NCBI GenBank assembly: GCA_963811165.1
Contig: CAWEQH010000010.1
Span: 928,001-992,000 of the forward strand
Length of the DNA: 64,000 bases
Source: an uncultured Nitrospiraceae bacterium
Lineage (GTDB): Bacteria > Nitrospirota > Thermodesulfovibrionia > Thermodesulfovibrionales > UBA6898
Direction of reading: 5' to 3'
How positions within the stretch are numbered: position 1 is the stretch's first letter; the number at the start of each line of letters is the position of its first letter. This document shows positions 60,370 to 64,000 of this stretch, one piece after another. Both the position numbers and the translations under genes were made by a program. The notes beneath the pieces were generated by a model that was given only the letters and a program-made list of their open reading frames with translations, made no database searches and was not told where the DNA came from.

Positions 60370-62106
60370 TTGCGCGACGGCGTGAACCCCGGCCGGAGAG
60401 GGACGAAAGCGAAAGGACATTTAGTGAAAGACCCTGTGAAGACTAAACAACAGCTTCTGCATGAACTTAAGGAGATGCGCACCAAGCTTGAGCAACTGGA
60501 AGCGTGCAGGAGGGAGTTCGAGGGTGCACGCCACCGGTACGAGAGACTCCTCGATGCCGCTCCCGACGCGATGATCTTTGTAAACCGCTCCTACGAGATC
60601 GTCCTTGTGAATCCGCAGATGGAAAGACTCTTCGGATACACCCAGGAAGAAGTGGTCGGGAAGGAGTTGGATATTCTGATCCCTGAGCGATTTCGGGGTC
60701 AGCACCGGAAATTTGTCGAGGGATACTTTTCGAACCCCAGAGTACGCGCCATGGGTGGGGACCTGAAGATTTTCGGCCTGAAGAAGGACGGTACTGAGTT
60801 CCGCGGGGACATCAGTCTCAGCCCGATACGGATCGAAGGGGAATTGCTCGTTACCGCGGCGATAAGGGACATTTCGGAGCGGGTAGAGGCCCAGGAGCAG
60901 ATCGAGCGAAACTTTCACATACAGCGGGTAATAAACGTCCTCCTAAAAACATCCCTCGAACCCGTATCCCTTGAGGCGCAGCTAGGCGGCGCACTTGACC
61001 TGATTCTTTCCGTGCCTTATCTGTCACTTCAGTCAAAGGCCGCCATCTACCTCGTTGAGGGCGAGCCGAAAGAACTCTCTTTGAAATCGGAGCGGGGACT
61101 GACCTTGCAGGAGCGAAACTCATGCGGGAAAGTCCCCTTTGGAAAATGCCTCTGCGGCCGCGCCGCCGCCGCATGCGAAGTCGTTTTCGCGGAATGCGTA
61201 GGCGAAGGCCATGAGATAACGTTTGAGGAGATGTCTCCCCATGGACATTACTGCGTGCCTATCGTCTCCGGCGGAAAGTCCCTCGGCCTGATCAACGTCT
61301 ATCTTCAGCGATGGCATAAAAGGAACCCGGCAGAAGAGGCGTTTCTGTCGGCCGTTGCAAATACCCTGGCAGGTGTCATCGAGCGCCGCAGGACCGAAGA
61401 GGAGAAAAAGCAGCTTCAGGAGCGGCTCCTGCAGAGTGAAAAGCTGGCGGCACTCGGCAGGATAACGGCCAACGTTGCTCACGAGATACGCAACCCTTTG
61501 ACTTCGGTCGGCGGGTTTGCCAGGAGACTGCAGAAAAAGGTCCCCGAAGGTACGGCGGAGCGGCAATACGCAGATTCAATTGTATCGGAAGTCGCTGCTC
61601 TTGAAAATATCCTCAGGGCGGTCCTCGGTTATTCCCGGGTTTCTGTTCCCATACTCGTCAGGGAAGATGTCCGCGAGGTACTCGATGACGTTCTACAGAC
61701 GTATGAAGAGATGTTGACGAAGCACGCGATAAGGATCGAAAGGGCATACGGCGACGTACCCGAGGTACGGACCGACAAGGAACAGGCGAAGGAGGCAATA
61801 GGCAATATCATATTGAATGCCGTCGACGCCATGCCAGCCGGAGGTACGCTCACGGTCGCCGTTTCCCGGGAACGGGTGAACGATATATCTCATGTTGCAG
61901 TGCACATCAGTGATACAGGCGAGGGCATCACGGAAGAAAACCTGGATAAGATTTTCGAACCCTTTTTCACTACGAGGGTTGCAAAGAGAGGAATAGGCCT
62001 GGGGCTTCCGATAAGCAAAAAACTCATGGAAGAACTTGGCGGTTTCATTTCTGTCAAGAGCCTTCCCGGGAAAGGTTCGACCTTCTCTGTCTTCTTCCCT
62101 TCATAA
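60370..62106 (+). CDS. Cytoplasmic PAS-GAF histidine kinase
   Basis: FixL-like PAS (LIPERFRGQH...RAMG), Cys-rich GAF, VAHEIRNPL, GIGLGL. Start may be GTG 60424. Confidence 0.92.
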   Translation: MRDGVNPGRRGTKAKGHLVKDPVKTKQQLLHELKEMRTKLEQLEACRREFEGARHRYERLLDAAPDAMIFVNRSYEIVLVNPQMERLFGYTQEEVVGKELDILIPERFRGQHRKFVEGYFSNPRVRAMGGDLKIFGLKKDGTEFRGDISLSPIRIEGELLVTAAIRDISERVEAQEQIERNFHIQRVINVLLKTSLEPVSLEAQLGGALDLILSVPYLSLQSKAAIYLVEGEPKELSLKSERGLTLQERNSCGKVPFGKCLCGRAAAACEVVFAECVGEGHEITFEEMSPHGHYCVPIVSGGKSLGLINVYLQRWHKRNPAEEAFLSAVANTLAGVIERRRTEEEKKQLQERLLQSEKLAALGRITANVAHEIRNPLTSVGGFARRLQKKVPEGTAERQYADSIVSEVAALENILRAVLGYSRVSVPILVREDVREVLDDVLQTYEEMLTKHAIRIERAYGDVPEVRTDKEQAKEAIGNIILNAVDAMPAGGTLTVAVSRERVNDISHVAVHISDTGEGITEENLDKIFEPFFTTRVAKRGIGLGLPISKKLMEELGGFISVKSLPGKGSTFSVFFPS

Positions 62107-62162
62107 TTGCGGTCCCGCTCCTTTCTTTGCTATTCCCCTCCCAAATATAATAAGATTTCAGG

Positions 62163-62669
62163 ATGGCATTTTTTGAAGATGACAAAGAAAGGGCCGAGTC
62201 TTACCGCGTTCTCGCAGATATTTTCTTCGCCCCTCCCGACGCGGAAAACATGGAGAGTATAAGGGAAGACCTTGGGCTTGAATCGAAGGAAACGCAAGAA
62301 GAGGTCCTCGCCGATTTCAATTCCCTCTTTATCTACCCCGGGGGAGAACTGCCGCCGCTTGAGTCACTTCAGGCCGAAGGCCTGAACATCGCCGATTCCG
62401 TAACAGGGTTCTATTACGGCACAGGACTCACCTTCGACGAGGAATACGAGACCCTGCCCGACCATATCTCCCTTGAATTCCTGTTCATGAGTTATCTCAT
62501 CGATATCGACAACCGGGAACTTCAGCAGAAATTTCTTGAACAACATATCGCCAATTGGGTACCCTATTATTGTGAAAAAGTGATGAACCGGGCAAAAACG
62601 CTCTTTTACCGGGAGATCGTGCAGATCGCGAAGGATTTCATCGACTATGAATTCGAAGGCATAGGATAG
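62163..62669 (+). CDS. TorD/DmsD-family redox enzyme maturation chaperone
   Basis: PPLES, LPDHISLEFLFMSYL, FLEQHIANW, FY. Confidence 0.88.
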   Translation: MAFFEDDKERAESYRVLADIFFAPPDAENMESIREDLGLESKETQEEVLADFNSLFIYPGGELPPLESLQAEGLNIADSVTGFYYGTGLTFDEEYETLPDHISLEFLFMSYLIDIDNRELQQKFLEQHIANWVPYYCEKVMNRAKTLFYREIVQIAKDFIDYEFEGIG

Positions 62670-62682
62670 CACGGGAGAGACA

Positions 62683-62913
62683 TTGGCAAACCTGTACTCA
62701 AAGGATTTTCTCAAGGCGTGGTCGGTAGGCCTGAACCTCGTCTTTTCAACTTTTATCGGTCTGGCCATCGGCTACGGACTCGACAAGCTCTTTAAGGTCA
62801 CCTTTCCCTGGCTTACGATACTCTTTCTGGTACTGGGCATCGTCTCAGGGTTCAGGGACCTTCTGAGACTCGCAAGAAAACAAGACGATGGACCTGATAA
62901 AAAGGATATATAG
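62683..62913 (+). CDS. AtpZ/AtpI-family ATP synthase gene-1 protein
   Basis: VGLNLVFSTFIGLAIGYGLDK...PWLTILFLVLGIVSGF. Confidence 0.85.
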   Translation: MANLYSKDFLKAWSVGLNLVFSTFIGLAIGYGLDKLFKVTFPWLTILFLVLGIVSGFRDLLRLARKQDDGPDKKDI

Positions 62914-63250
62914 AAAATCATTCCTGGTCCTTATCCCCCTTGCCCTGCTTTCGGCGTTTTTAGAATGGAAGAAACTCCCTCTGAGCGTCGTCATAGGCGG
63001 GGCGCTCGGCCTTGCCAACATAAAGGGTCTTGCCTGGGGTGTGAGGGGGCTCATCGGGACCGGAAGGGCAACGGGAAGGATGATCTTCTTCAGCATGTTC
63101 CGCCTCTTCCTTCTTTTTGGGATACTCTCTCTTTTGGTCTACCTGAGAGTCGTAAATGTCTTCGGGATCCTCGCGGGCTTTACCGTAATATTCGCTCTTC
63201 TGATGATAGAGGGCCTCAAATACGCAAAAGACTCAGACAAGACAGAGTAA
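62888..63250 (+). CDS. atpI: ATP synthase protein I
   Basis: Four TMs, GGALGLANI, SMFRL; overlaps the AtpZ-like gene. Confidence 0.75.
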   Translation: MDLIKRIYRKSFLVLIPLALLSAFLEWKKLPLSVVIGGALGLANIKGLAWGVRGLIGTGRATGRMIFFSMFRLFLLFGILSLLVYLRVVNVFGILAGFTVIFALLMIEGLKYAKDSDKTE

Positions 63251-63351
63251 ATTGGAAGGGACGACGGTTCGAAAAAATCAGACAGAAGATATTGTGCGCG
63301 GGAGGGGACTGTCTTTGAGAGGTTTCATTTTCTCGTATTCCCGGCCTTTTC

Positions 63352-63912
63352 TTATTCCGAGATCAGTTTCGCCAGTTTCCTGAAATCGAGGATGAACCCC
63401 TTTTTCCCTTCGGGGAAGCGCATGGCGTAGGCCGGATGAAAAGTAAGGAGATAGGACCTCCCGCCTTCGCATATAACGTTTCCGTGTTCCTTCGTCAGCT
63501 CGACCTTCCTTTCAAGAAGGGCCAGGCATGCAGAGCTCCCCATAAGGACGACGATCTCGGGACGGATGATCGACAGCTGGCTGAAAAGATGGGTCTTGGC
63601 GTGGAGGATGTTTTCCCGCGACGGCGTACCCCGAAGCGGAAGATACTTCACGGGGCTGGTGATGTAGACTTCTTCTTCCGAAAGGCCGGCCTCCGAGATC
63701 ATCAGTCTCAGGAGTTTACCGGACCTTCCAATAAAAGGACGGCCGGTCTTGGCCTCCTGCTTGCCGGGGGCCTCTCCGATAAAAACTATTCTCGCATCCG
63801 GGTTGCCCTCACCCGGCACGGGCTTGCCCGTGCCCCACTTTTTGCACAGGGAACATTTCTCTATCTCTTCGGCTATTTTCAACAGCTCTTTTTTCTTGTT
63901 CATTCTTTTCAT
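63352..63912 (-). CDS. udg: Uracil-DNA glycosylase family 4
   Basis: VPGEGNPDA, GEAPG, GRPFIGRSGKLL, TFHPA. Confidence 0.93.
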   Translation of the reverse strand: MKRMNKKKELLKIAEEIEKCSLCKKWGTGKPVPGEGNPDARIVFIGEAPGKQEAKTGRPFIGRSGKLLRLMISEAGLSEEEVYITSPVKYLPLRGTPSRENILHAKTHLFSQLSIIRPEIVVLMGSSACLALLERKVELTKEHGNVICEGGRSYLLTFHPAYAMRFPEGKKGFILDFRKLAKLISE

Positions 63913-64000
63913 AGTATAATTGATGCGCGGACTTAAATTTATTAAATCAGAGATTGTTTCGAGAAGATTTCTTTTGGGTTGGAAGTGCTATTGCATCTTT

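Overview
A 64-kb bacterial chromosomal window. Its gene content and gene order suggest an anaerobic Nitrospirota/Desulfobacterota-type organism; this is inference, not a database result. Most of the window is housekeeping: atpF'-F-H-A-G-D-C with a separate atpZ/atpI pair, mutS2, apt/mtnP, hypAB, ribD, glk, purC, gatAB, mutT/mutY, tkt, PBP1A, hemL, trxB and udg. It also holds several PAS/GAF histidine kinases, a diguanylate cyclase next to an MshEN-type PilB/GspE ATPase, an 11-heme cytochrome c, and a tetraheme cytochrome/4Fe-4S/NrfD quinol-oxidoreductase module. The standout locus is 1-6.9 kb on the minus strand: TonB-dependent receptor, then a 33-aa Cys-Cys precursor peptide missing from the ORF track (4776-4877, MVKRIVILEKGVEKKDLAAMACCTSAPTGKLAR), a stem-loop, a radical SAM/SPASM maturase, an orphan periplasmic binding protein, a HAMP histidine kinase and a sigma54 activator. 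This looks like a geopeptide-type RiPP wired to its own import and sensing circuit, i.e. a candidate peptide-pheromone system in a diderm bacterium. atpA and atpG each carry a single-base frameshift, most likely sequencing errors. Several families of small palindromic intergenic repeats are present. I recognised no tRNA, rRNA, CRISPR array or transposase.
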